Assembly: GCA_002245135.1 (NCBI GenBank)
Contig: NGBS01001186.1
Span: 1 to 64,000, forward strand
From: Proteromonas lacertae
Lineage: Eukaryota
Length of the DNA: 64,000 nucleotides
Reading direction: 5' to 3'
Notes under the pieces: generated by a model
The model's input: only the letters and a program-made list of their open reading frames with translations
Told to the model about the DNA's origin: nothing
The model's database searches: none
In this document: positions 39,494-51,900 of the stretch, piece by piece
Layout of the letters: every line of letters starts with the position of its first letter
Numbering within the stretch: the stretch's first letter is position 1
Program-made: the position numbers and the translations under genes

Positions 39494-41491
39494 TTAATTA
39501 TCTTTCTTCTCTTCGTTTGGTGGTTTTTGCACTACTGCAGGTGTAGCTGGAGTAGCTGGTGTTTGTGGAGTTCCAGGAGTAACCATAGGTGTTGAAACAC
39601 CTAATTGTTTGTTTTGAGCTCTCAATAATGCTCTTTTCGCAGCTAACTTCATTCTAATCACACTTTGAACTAAAACAGCAGCATCATTCATAGTTTCATT
39701 AGGCAAACCAATTGGTAAGTATAATTCCACAAATCTTTCTCTCACTAAGAAGGATAGAATAGTATAAGTTCTAGAAAGAACCAAATCAACAGGCAAATAT
39801 TGCTGTAAATCGCCATTCATTACAAATACTTGAGCACACATGATATGTTGGAATGACAAATTATTCTTTATTGATTTCATAAACTTTAAGATATAATCAC
39901 TGTTTAATTCTGTTGAATCGATCTTTAATATTGCTTGTAGTTTAATTTCACTAAAGTCATCTTCATGTATTAATATATCAGGTTCAGTTGACCAGTGGTT
40001 GTAATATAAGAACCTTGAAGGATAATACGTTGATGTATTCCATTCATCTATTTAAATAATAATAATAATAATAAAATATATACTAATTATTGGACTAGCA
40101 TCATTCAAGAAATCTTGTACTTCAATAGTATCTGGATGATTCTTAAATGTTGATAATAATCTAATAGTATCATAGGATGATAAGAATAATTGTGGAGAAT
40201 TTGTTAATATCTTGAAACATTCAGATAATGTTAATTCTTTAGCACCTGGGTATTTCTCTATTAACAATTTAAATAATAAATAAATGATAAATACTGTTAA
40301 TAGTCTCAGATAAATATCTTCTAATTTGGTTGGATGATATGTAGAATGGATTTTTGAGTAAATAAATATGAGCTTCACTATATAAAGATGGGAATTGAGT
40401 AAAAAAAAATTAAAGAAATTTCTAAGGTATAATTTATAAAAAAGGAAAAAAAGATATTCATATGTAATAGATCCATCTGCATTCTCTCTTACTAAAATCA
40501 TTAATAAATTAATTTCCATTTGAGTTAAACACAAGGAAGGATGATATAAACACTTTTGGAATACAGCTCTTGGAATAGATAATGTATGTGAAGAATCAGC
40601 CTATTTAGAAAAAAAATATTAATAATATGATATAAATACATTTTTAAACACTTCTGCAGCTTGACTAAACAACAAATCAAATCTAATATCAAATGTTTTC
40701 TCAATAACTGTACATTGTTCTGATGATAAATTACCTCCAAAGCCAATTGCTCCTCTGTCTTTCAATACACGAACTAATGGTGTTACTTCAGTTACAAAGT
40801 CACGATAATTCACATTACCTTCATTATTCTCATATGATACAACCAATAAATTCTATTTTGAAAAAAATAAAAATTATATATAAAATATATATACAGTCAT
40901 TTCATCATCAGTTAAATCTAAAGAAGCAGATAAAAATAATGCTTTGAATGAATTATATGTAAGGAATTTAGTATCATTAGCGTCTTCTGTTCTGAATAAT
41001 GCCAATAAGTATTCTTCAATTGCAAGAGATTGTTCTGCAGATTCAAAGGCAGCATCTGGTTTTTCTGGAGCACGAGTTTTAGTAAAGTTATCGTGTAATG
41101 TAACAATATCATTGACATATGATTTTTCTTTTACTATTCTGTCTAACCATTTTGAACTTATTAATTCATCACCTGATCTTTTTAAAGTATATTCCTCAAC
41201 TATATATTAAAATTAAATGATTAATTGAAATACTTTTGTAAGATAAAGCGCTCATTTTCTCATCGTCATAAGGTACTTCAAAATGAAGATCAGCTGTAGC
41301 AATAGGTATTGGATTAAGTTGGGTTGGTAAACTGAAATTAACATCTATAATACATGAATTATCTTTTATTTCCTACAAAATATTGAAATGATTCTTACTC
41401 TAACATCACAATAGTATCTATATCCTGTGGCTGATTTTTCTATAAACTCTTTCACTCTATCTATTGACTCATATACTCTTTGATCATCCAT
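39494..41491 (-). CDS. AKAP28-like N-terminal domain + EF-hand-like repeats + C-terminal IQ motif
   Basis: FSLPTQLNPIPIATADLHFEV..SKWLDRIVKEK (AKAP14/28-like); ENNEGNVNYRDF and ENADGSITYD|QF; AAVLVQSVIRMKLAAKR. Includes an AT-AC intron. Confidence 0.7.
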
Positions 41492-41706
41492 TTTCAAAAA
41501 ATAAAAATAAAACGGAATCTGGTTATTGAAAAGTATGAAACATTTATCCCCACATATTTATTTTTTATTTTTCTCATCACAGAAGCATAATTTCACAAAA
41601 ATAACAGTGAAAATAGTTTTATATCATACAAAAAAAGTTAAATACTTATAATTATCAAATCAAAAAACCATGAATCAAAAAATAGACAAAAATATACATA
41701 TTTCAA

Positions 41707-42384
41707 TTATAAAATATTTTCCATCGTCTTTTTATCCAACACTTTCAAAAAATATTGTGGTGGTAAGACATTATCTATTCCCTTTGTAAGAATCACATTA
41801 TTATCTGAAAGAAAAAACTTTATACCATCATTCATAGCTTTTACTACATCAATATAGATATATATTTGACAACTAGATCTAATTCCACTTTGAACTGATT
41901 CTTTTGGTAAAGAATTTGTGAAATGAATGTGAGTTCTATTCATTGTTTTTAATCCTTCTGTTCTATAAATTACAAAGAAAAAAATGAATTTAGATACTTT
42001 ATTTTATCCCATGCAGCATAATATGTTCCATGAATACAGTTTGGTATTTCTTCAGGTGAATTAATTGGTTTGAATATCATGTTCTCATTAATTCCTGGAA
42101 TTGAATGACCTTGATTGGCTCTTATATATTTTATACCATCATCACATTTAATAGTAAATCTCTGTTTTTTATCTGTTTGAACAACCTTTTTTATTCATAA
42201 ATATGTTTAAATATATTTATACTTTATTCACATCATCTTCAGATATCCCTTTCATTTGACTTGAAGCTAACAAATCAGCGAGTTTAACAAATCCATCTGC
42301 TGACATAGCTATTTTCAATTCAATAGCTCCATGCCTGAGTATCCAACTCATTGTTTTACTTATTTCAGTCAATCTTTTACTCAT
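41707..42384 (-). CDS. TRPT1: tRNA 2'-phosphotransferase (Tpt1/KptA)
   Basis: ISKTMSWILRHGA, DKKQRF, IRANQGHSI, IHGT, GLKTMNRTHIHF, SDNNVILTKG. Confidence 0.95.
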
Positions 42385-42468
42385 TTGTTAAATAGGGAAA
42401 TATATTCTTTTTTATTTTGCACACATGTTTGAGAGTTTGTTTCATATTATTTTTCAATTATTTTGAAA

Positions 42469-43021
42469 ATGTCAATTTCCAACGAAACTAAAGAGACAGT
42501 GAAGAAGATACCACTTTTATCTGTTAAAGCTGGTCCAAGAGATGGTGATAAATATAAAGATAGATTAAAAGAAGAACTTAATGCTTTAATCCAAGTATAA
42601 TGTTGTTTGTTATTGTTAGTATGTTAAAATAAATAAAGAGAATGATAATGATTGGTTTCAAATTAAATGTGACAATACAGAAGGAACACAGTATATTCTC
42701 AAGTTTTAATCTTTATATAGTTGGTCTGGAAAGTGTTGGTATTATTATAATCGTCTTAAGTATGAGTTTAAAATGCAATTTGAAATTCCAGCAACATATC
42801 CTGTCTCTCCTCCAGAAATTCAATTACCAGAACTGGAAGGAAAAACGGTGAAAATGTATAGAGGAGGTAAGATATGTTGTGATATTCATTTTAATCCATT
42901 GTGGTCAAAGAATACACCCAAATTCGGCATAGCTCATGCTCTAGCTCTAGGATTAGGTCCATGGCTTGCAGTTGAAGTACCATATATGGCAGAACTTGGA
43001 TTATTAACTCATACAGATTAA
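42469..43021 (+). CDS. UFC1: UFM1-conjugating enzyme 1
   Basis: [68 protein letters not shown]. Confidence 0.97.
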
Positions 43022-43145
43022 GAAACAAAATATTTACTTTTTTTTTTTTATCATTTCTTTGTGTGTTTTTGTTGTGTTATATAAAAATAAGAATTATTGT
43101 TAAATAAAATATATTTACTAAGTCTCTATTAATTTACATTCTTTT

Positions 43146-44246
43146 TTATTCTTGAGTATTTTCAGCATCTCTAACATCTTCACTATCGAGATTTTTCTTA
43201 TTCTCTAAATACTGTTTATATTGTGGATAATCCTCAACTTTCATTCCATTATTATCAACTATATTCATATCAATATCATCTCTACTACACAATAAATGAA
43301 TAATCTTCATATTTTCATCAGAATAATCACTATTCTTTATGCAATACATTAAAGCTGTCAATCCATTACAATCTTGTTGATTAATATTGGTGCATAAATC
43401 TATTATCTTTACAACAACATCATATAAATTACTTTGACATGCAAACATCAATGGTGATTGTTTATTGTTATTTATTTCATTAACAATATCTATTTCATTC
43501 TCATTTGAATATCCTAATAACATATCAATTATTTCATTGTATTTTCCTTTACAAGCTAACATTAATGGAGTATTTTCTTCTTTATCAACTATATTTATAT
43601 CTATTTTATCTAATAACAATTCTGCGATTTTTGAATAACCAAATCTACAAGCAAATAGAAGAGGTGAGTTAGGATTTATTGGTTGTAATGGTTTATCAAT
43701 ATGATTCAATATATTGGTAAATATGTTTATATTCCCATTTATTGAAGCTGCTTCCAATGGAGTTACTGTCACATTTTGATCTAATTTTGAACTATATACT
43801 TGTGCAGCTTCATAATCAACATTTTCATCTATTTTTATGAGTTCATCAACAAATTTTTCTAGACCTTCAAGAGCAGCATGTAATAGCGCTGAACAACCTT
43901 TTTCATTAACCAATTTTGTATCAGCGCCTGATTCAACTAAAAATAAACAAATATCTTCCTATTCATAAATTAAAAATTAAATTATACTTGTTGATATTGA
44001 GCAGCTAATATTAAAGGAGTATTATCCCACATTAATCTTTGGTTTATATCAGAACCATTCTGTATATGAGTCTACTATATAAATTCTATATTTATATACT
44101 TTTACTATTTCGAGATTTCCATCCTTAATTGCTTTTGGTAATGAAAGTAATTTTGTTTTTGGAGGATTCAATGCTTGTGCCTCAGTTTGGACTGGTTGTG
44201 GTTCTACAGTCTCTAATATATCCACTTTTGATTGTTTACAACCCAT
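43146..44246 (-). CDS. Ankyrin-repeat protein with N-terminal MGC (myristoylation/palmitoylation-type) motif
   Basis: MGCKQSK start, multiple TPLxxA ankyrin repeats, two short introns. Confidence 0.88.
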
Positions 44247-44324
44247 AAATGAGTAGATAAAAGAAAAATCGATTAAAATAAAAAAATAACTGTTGTACTT
44301 TGACCTGGTCAAAAATGTGTAAGA

Positions 44325-45220
44325 ATGTCATATTTTGATTATTCAACATCATTTTTGTATGATGAAAGTAAAAATGATTCATATGAGTCACATATGAAAG
44401 GTATATTCAAATAAATTCATTTTTAGTTGCATTGGTTGTATTGAATTGTTCTTTTAACACAGATATGTTCAAGTATTATCATATTTCAAATAATGAAATA
44501 GATACTTTTGGAATAAAACATCTTTTAGAGTATTTGCTGATGGAGCATCAACAAGAATATATGAAGAACTGAACAGTGAAGTTGAAAAATATATACCTAA
44601 TGTAATCACAGTATTTTAGATTTGTATTAATATCATAAATAGGGGGATTTTGATTCTTCTTCACCAGAAATATTGAAATACTATGAAAATAAAGGAACTA
44701 ATGTTATACATGATACTGATCAAGATACAACCGATTTTACAAAATCATTAAAACAAATTCAAAATAAATGTGGAGATGATTGTTGTAATTGGAAAGTGAT
44801 TGTGTTAGGTAATTTCAATGGCAGATTAGACCATAGTATGGCTATGGTTCATGTATTAATCATGTGGGAATCTGTATTTTCTCATTTACTTGTAATTTCA
44901 CCTGACTGTATAACATATTTACTTCATAAAGGATTAAATAAAATTCATGTAACTACTCAATATGAAGGAAAAACTTGTGGATTACTTCCTTTTTGTATAT
45001 TACACAATTCAATTATTTTCTATTTATGTTAGTACCATGTGATCATATCACTACTAATGGATTGAAATGGGATATGATAGATTGGAAGACATCGTTTGAT
45101 TCTATCATAAGTTCGTGTAATGTTCTTGCTTCTGATTTAGTTACAGTTGAAGTATCAAATCCTATAATTTGGACAATTACGTTTAAATTAAATGAGTTTA
45201 AGAGTAAGTTGTGTAATTAA
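44325..45220 (+). CDS. TPK1: Thiamine pyrophosphokinase
   Basis: FADGA, ITGDFDS, DQDTTDFTKSL, GRLDH, CGLLP, TTNGLKWD, ISSCN. Confidence 0.95.
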
Positions 45221-45287
45221 TTAGTTTTTTCTTTTATTTTATTTTTTGTAAGGAAGGACAGAAAAATTCAAACCTACCTCAAATAAG

Positions 45288-46558
45288 ATGAATATTTCTC
45301 AATTCTTATTCTCTTGTGTGAAATACCCTTTCTATATATTCCAACTTAATTTATATTTAATATTCAATATCAATCTTGAGATATGGTATTTTTTGCTTGG
45401 TAAACTAAAATTGTTGATATCAGCAAAGAAGGTAGAATGCGAAGCAAAAGAAAAAGAATTACCGTTAACAGAGACGAATGGACATTTTGCAAATCTTCCA
45501 AGTGGAAAATGTTTTTACATTGAAGATGGTGATGAATCCAATCCAGTTGTTATACTAATTCATGGATTTACTAATATTTCTTCAGTATACGAACCAATAA
45601 TACCTTATATTGTATGTAATGTAATATTTAGTTGAAATTAGGTTGATGCAGGATATCATGTATATTCAATAGATTTATATGGATTTGGACAATCTCCACA
45701 ACCATTTGAATCTAAAGATTTCACTATCAGTTATTATGTTAACCAGGTACATGAATTTATAGAGAATCTTGAATTAGGTGAAGAACAGGTGATATTAGTT
45801 GGTCATTCGATGGGTGGTTATATTGCATCAATGTATACAATACAATATCCAAGAAATATATCATCTTTGAAACTATTGGCACCAGCGAAGAGTGGAAATT
45901 ATGATAGTCCATCACTTTATTTAAGCATTTATGTATTAGTATAAATTTGGATTTTTTTATTGTTTTATTTATATTGTAAATAGATGCTTGAGTTTTTATC
46001 AAGAATACCATTACTTGGTAGTATGTTTTTTTATACTTCCAATATATTATCAGCTATGTTTTTAAGATTTGCATTAAAAAACAATGATTGGAATCCTAGA
46101 GAAATAAAACAAGTAGTTGATAATGATATTGTTAAAGATGATACAAGAATTACAGTGTTTTTATTATATTGCAGAATGGCATTAGTTTCATTTTATGATT
46201 GTATGTACACTGTAAAATATAACAAACATCTTATTTCATTGTTATATTATATTATTCATGATTTAAGGTTTATGGAATTTGATGATGATTTATATAGAAA
46301 TGTTAATGAAATAACTAAACAATATATATCATTTTTTTTAAATATTTAAATATTCTATAAGTTATTTCTTAATTTTATTTTTACGCTATTCCTGTGCAAT
46401 TGATCTGGGGAGAATATGATGAATGTGTTCCTGTATATTATATCAAGAAATATTTACAACCAGTTTTGCCAAATGCAAAAGTGAATGTTTTAAAGGATAG
46501 TGATCATTTTATGTTTGTTAATTATCCAGAGCTGGTTAGAGATATGCTATTCTGTTAA
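45288..46558 (+). CDS. Alpha/beta hydrolase
   Basis: ILIHGF, IDLYGFGQS, nucleophile elbow GHSMGG, IWGEYDECVP, SDHF. The last exon is reachable only through the AT-AC intron 46326-46384. Confidence 0.9.
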
Positions 46559-46692
46559 TATAATCACTGTATTTTATAAATTTCACCTATTATTATTTTA
46601 TGAAGTGTATATGGTTATATACTACTAACAAACAGGTAATAAAAATAAAATTATCAATTATAACATATAAATAAAAGCAATATAAACTCAAT

Positions 46693-47043
46693 TTACCAAC
46701 AATTTCTGCGATAACAGTATTGTGGTGGTGGTAAACAATATTGCTGTTGTTGCTGATAATACATAAACTGTTGTCTCCTTTGTTCTTCCTCACGCGCCAT
46801 ACAATAAGCCACATATTCCATTTGTCTTCTTCTCTGTTCTTCCATTGCTGCTCTACGTCTCATCGCATTCAATTCTTCTTCTCTCATCATGTTGTCAAAT
46901 TCACAAGCAGCGACTGTTAATACTGCAGCTGCTGCAATTTGTTTTTTCTTCTCTTCTTCTTTTTTTGCTGCATTCATCATAGCTGCCATAGCAATAAACA
47001 CAATTATATAAGCAAGAGCACTTGTAGAATCTTCTTCACTCAT
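46693..47043 (-). CDS. Small TM + charged-helix protein, paralog 1
   Basis: N-terminal hydrophobic helix and motif AMEEQRRRQMEYVAYCMAREEEQRR shared with two neighbours. Confidence 0.75.
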   Translation of the reverse strand: MSEEDSTSALAYIIVFIAMAAMMNAAKKEEEKKKQIAAAAVLTVAACEFDNMMREEELNAMRRRAAMEEQRRRQMEYVAYCMAREEEQRRQQFMYYQQQQQYCLPPPQYCYRRNCW

Positions 47044-47081
47044 GTTTTGAAAGATAAAAATAGATAGAATAACTGAAGGAT

Positions 47082-47154
47082 ATGATTGGATAATTAGGTT
47101 TGAGAAGCTTGGCGCGAAATTATTATTTTTACATTTTCACTTTTCCCTCCAAAA
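47082..47154 (-). promoter_or_regulatory. Promoter with CCAAT box and E2F-like site
   Basis: Sense TTTGGAGGGAA..TTTCGCGCCAAGCTT..ATCCAATCA, in the same order upstream of all three paralogs (also 47376-47436 and 48833-48893). Confidence 0.6.
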
Positions 47155-47464
47155 CTTAAATATTCATATAATGGTTTTATATGAATGTATTTTTTACTAT
47201 TATATAATGTAGAACTGCTAAACACTCTTAAAGAATTTCTTTGATCATACTTCACTTTTTGATGAATTATTGGAATTAAGAGGTGAGAAATTAATCACAA
47301 AATTCTTGAGAGAGAAGAATGCACTTTAGTTAATATATATTCTTTAATAAAATATATTAAAATTCAGTTTGTGAATTTGGAGGGAAGAAATAAAAAAACA
47401 CTTCGCGGCAAGCTTTTTTATCAAGCCATCCAATCATTTTGTTTTAAAAACTAAGAAGTAAAAA

Positions 47465-47692
47465 ATGTATTTCAACAGCACTGATACTCCTATTGAGTTT
47501 CTAATATTCGTTTTATTCATCTCATGTATTATAAATGCCTTAACCAAAAAGGAGGAACAACCAACACCAGAACAGCAATTAGCAATGGAGCAAGATAGAA
47601 GAAGAGCATGGGAAATGAATTATATTTCTAACTGTATGGCACGTGCAGAAGAAGAAAGAAGGAAGGAGGAATCATCTTGTGTAATAATGTAA
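47465..47692 (+). CDS. Small TM + charged-helix protein with CaaX (CVIM), paralog 2
   Basis: LAMEQDRRRAWEMNYISNCMARAEEERR; ends in CVIM. Confidence 0.75.
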   Translation: MYFNSTDTPIEFLIFVLFISCIINALTKKEEQPTPEQQLAMEQDRRRAWEMNYISNCMARAEEERRKEESSCVIM

Positions 47693-48457
47693 CAATATTC
47701 TAATATAATATACTTTTGGATTTCAGTATATTGTTTATTTGCTTCAATTCTGCAATATACATCAACTACTGTAAAAATGGACACATCTACTATGATCACT
47801 ACAAGACTATATTACCAGGATTCATAATCATTTTTCTTCATCATCTTGTTGTAATTAATTATATCTCCACTTATCATAAATAATTTAGGTGTCTCTCTTA
47901 TTCTTTTCGTATATATGATAACATGGGTTTATATAAGTCAAGCAGCAAATATATGCCACCTATATTTATATTCACTTGTTATTCTTAACTCTTATTTCAT
48001 AAAAACCTATTATATAGGCAGATAATTTAAAAATTAAAAAATAATGTGAAAATATATTCGTTTCTTTTTTGAAACGATTATATTTATTAGATTAAACTAA
48101 TAAACATCTTTTGAGTTGGATTAAGCTAATATAAATAAATATTAATTCTTCAGCTTTTAACAAATTATACTAATCTTGTTGCTGTAGTAATTGCTTTATT
48201 CTTTTCTTGTGTTTTTGAAGTTTTAATGAAATAATAAAGAAGTTTAGATAAAGGTATATAAAGTTACGATTTCAAGAGAAATTGAACTAATTATTTATAA
48301 ATTATTTGTGTAACTATAAAAAATATTAGATCATATTAATTTATATGAATTATGTAATTATTAGGTTATGGTTTAAGTGAATAATAACACGCAAAGAACA
48401 AATAAAAATCAAAGTATATATATTATGTATAAAACTATGTACAGTTATAGACTTCTG

Positions 48458-48793
48458 TTACATTATCGCACAAGAATCATTTTGTCTCCTCCTTTCCTCC
48501 TCACGCGCCATACAATAAAGCATATATTCTCTTCTTCTACTTTCATCTGCTTCACGAGCAGCGCAGTAAGCCAAATATTCCATTTCTCTTCTTCTCTGTT
48601 GCTCCATTGCTAATCTTTGGTTGAATGGTTGTTGTTGTAAATCTACACAATTATATCTTCCTACAGCTGTATTATTATTTGCATCATTTTCTTTACCTCC
48701 TCTTAAACAATTGCGCAGACACATGAAAAAAAAGAATAACATTATTAAACCACCTAATGCATCTTCACTACTACCGCTATTCTGATAAGGCAT
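48458..48793 (-). CDS. Small TM + charged-helix protein with CaaX (CAIM), paralog 3
   Basis: Likely start MPYQNSG at 48793, two copies of the RRREMEY..YC.ARE motif, ends in CAIM. Confidence 0.75.
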   Translation of the reverse strand: MPYQNSGSSEDALGGLIMLFFFFMCLRNCLRGGKENDANNNTAVGRYNCVDLQQQPFNQRLAMEQQRRREMEYLAYCAAREADESRRREYMLYCMAREEERRRQNDSCAIM

Positions 48794-48939
48794 ATTGAAA
48801 TTAAAAAAACAAAAAAGAAAATTAAAACAAAATGATTGGATGGCTTGATAAAAAAGCTTGCCGCGAAGTGTTTTTTTATTTCTTCCCTCCAAATTCACAA
48901 ACTGAATTTTAATATATTTTATTAAAGAATATATATTAA

Positions 48940-51900
48940 CTAAAGTGCATTCTTCTCTCTCAAGAATTTTGTGATTAATTTCTCACCTCTTAATTCTAAT
49001 AATTCATCAAAAAGTGAAGTATGATCAAAGAAATTCTTTGACAATGCTTTAGTTGCTCTAAGTGCGCTTCCACGAGGAGCTTCACCTAGAATACTTTGAT
49101 ATAATCCACATTCCTTCAAAAATGTCATTAATCTTTCCTGCTGTCTTTCTTGTATGTGTATAGGTAGTTTAGGATTGTGTGCTTTCATGTATAACGCTAC
49201 ATACATAATAGAAGATTCTTTCACTGAACAAGATGGATATTTTATTCTATTTTGTACAAGGTTTGTCATAGCTTGAATTAATAATTCAGAAAATGATTGT
49301 TCAACATAACCAAGCATAGAACTCAAATTCTTCTTTGCCAATTCTGATACTGTAGTCTTTGAACATTTTGGTGGTAATTTATTAGGTAATGGTCGAGTTA
49401 AATATTTATCAGGACATTTCATAAACTTTTCTAATTGTTGAATATTTGCGAATGAATATATATTATTACCATATTGAACTAACAATGATGGATCACCTAA
49501 TACAAAACTGTTCCAATCTCTTGGACCTAGTCCTTCTGTGTATGTGACTGGGCAATATCCTTTCATTGATATTGTATTATTATGAACAGTTGTAATCTCA
49601 GACATTGGAATTCGACGTGGTAAAACTGCTGGTAATTTCTGATGTAATAAATATTTAGTTGGTTGTCGTAGGAATTTATTCATACATTCATCATCACTGC
49701 AATAATAATATTTTCCTCTGAAATAACAAATACATTGTCTATCTTGATCTCTTGATACTAATTCTCTATCTAAAGACCATCGTACAGGACAGTAATTACT
49801 TAAAGCACCTTTGTGTGTTAATATTTCATTAGCTGGCAAGGCTAAATCATAGATTCTGGCTGCTTTATCTTCTTTTACTAATTTTAAGTAATTTCTTCTT
49901 GCTCTTAAGTTATTTTGCACTAGTTCTTCAGCTGTATCGTATATCTTCCATACACTCTCTAATCCATCCAACTGTCTTACATTATCATATTCATTGATAT
50001 GGAATGTCTCAATTTCTGCTATGTTATCTTCATAATCGTTACATTGTGATGAAATAACAGCTAAATCGCTTTGTAAAGTAGGAACATACTTCTTTTTCAA
50101 TAAATTCTCATAATTTTTATTCAATATTCTATTCCTTCTTTCTGTGGTTGTTTTTCTTTCCATATTGATTTTGAATATTAAATTAGGAACTACTCCTTCT
50201 TTATCCAACATATCACATTCCTCTTTTGTATATGGGAAACCATCAATTACCCATCCTTGTGATCTACATTTCTTTGCTTTCAACATTATTGACAATGCTT
50301 TTACATACAATTCCTTTGGAATTGCACCACCACTGTATATTAATTCTTTTATTTTCTTATGCAATACTGTCGCTGGATTCTTTAATATATAATCTATTGC
50401 TACAGCTGGATCTGCATAGATAATACCTAAATCTCCTTCTAATGTGTGTGATAATGTTGTTCTACCACTTAATGGAGGTCCAATCACTGCTATTCTTGGT
50501 ACAACATTAGGTGGTGGTGGAGGTTGTTCTAAATACTTCAACGGATCAGCAATAAATTTATCTCTAGCTTCAGGACCATCACAGAAATAAATATGATGTC
50601 TGTACATAACTGGGTATGCTTGATTCATTACAATTTTGTCATGTTCTTTTAAGGTAACAGGACAATATGGACCAAATTTACTTAATGTATAATAATCAGA
50701 GTTTAATAATGTTTCTGCTTCATCTGGTTTTAAAGCAACACATCTATGGAATGGTACTTTCTCATTTAAGAATGGTTTTAAAGCTGCTCTTACTCTATCA
50801 TAAACACGATCTTTAGTACCAACCGCATTGACTGATTTTAATACTTTAATACCCTTTTCTTTCATCATTTCTGTTAATGCTTCTAAAGCTTCAATTTCTG
50901 CTTCAGCTTTTTCGATTATTCCATTCTTACATTCTTCTTCTTTTTCTTTTCTCATTTCTTCAATCTCTTCAGGTGTTGGGAAATCATCTTCTTCTTCCTC
51001 TTCTTCCTCTTCATCATCATCTTCATCATCATCACTCTTCTTTGGCTTTTTTGGTTTCTTTTCTTTTGGTTTTGGTGGTTCCCAATCAAACTTTGACTTG
51101 AATAATCGATCACTTATATCATTAGCTGTCATTTGTAATGGTAAAACAACAGTTGGATGCAATTTGTTATTAATCACTTCATTCAACATATCTTCAGAAT
51201 CAATACCACCATCTATTAATAAAGGACCTCCTGAAGCTTCTATTGCTTTCTTTATTGCTTCTATTTTGGCTTGTCTTAGTCTAATTTTATCCTGCTCTTC
51301 TTGATCCTCTTCATCTTCTTCTTCATCTACTTCTTCTTCTTCACCTGTTTCTTCATTTGTAATTATTTTCTTCTGTTTAGGAGGTCTTGGTGGTAAAGCA
51401 ACTTTACTTAAATCTAAGATTGGAATACCAAATTCTTCTGATAATTTTTGCATTATTTCACTCTTACCTGATCCTGATGGACCAACTATTAATACTCTGG
51501 TACTTGTAGCTTCTGGCTCTTTCTTTGGCAAATATTTCTCAGGTTCATTCTGGAATTTCTCTAATTCTTCTTTACCAAAGAATCTATATAATTTACCATT
51601 ATAAAATGTTTGGAATTCTGGATTACCTGGTATTAATTGTCCTGTTTCACTGTAAGTTACTGGACAATATCCTAAATAATCACCTTGTATTTTCTTAATT
51701 ACATCTTCAGGATTTTCGTCTTCTTCTGCTTCTGGTATTTCAGGCCACATATCTTCTGGATCTGTTCTTGCTCTTAATGGATCAATGGCTTGTCTTGTTT
51801 GTAGTCTTACAGCTTCTTCAGATTGTACTGCCTTGATATGTTCAACTCTTACACCATCGTTGACAAATGCTTCTTCTAATTCTTGAATTGCTTCACTGTA

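Larger units (their letters stand above)
47230..49039. repeat. 218 bp inverted repeat (47230-47447 vs 48822-49039)
   Basis: The arms are reverse complements with one mismatch seen. They contain the last ~33 codons of the AK9-like gene and the promoter of the small paralogs. Confidence 0.95.

Noticed and set aside
22761..42384. Functional clustering of ADP-ribose-related genes (CHD1L, TRPT1)
   Set aside because: They are about 16 kb apart with unrelated genes between, so there is no evidence of linkage.
48794..48898. N-terminal extension of ORF 48458-48898
   Set aside because: It runs through the conserved promoter block and inverted-repeat arm, and the paralogs start downstream of it.
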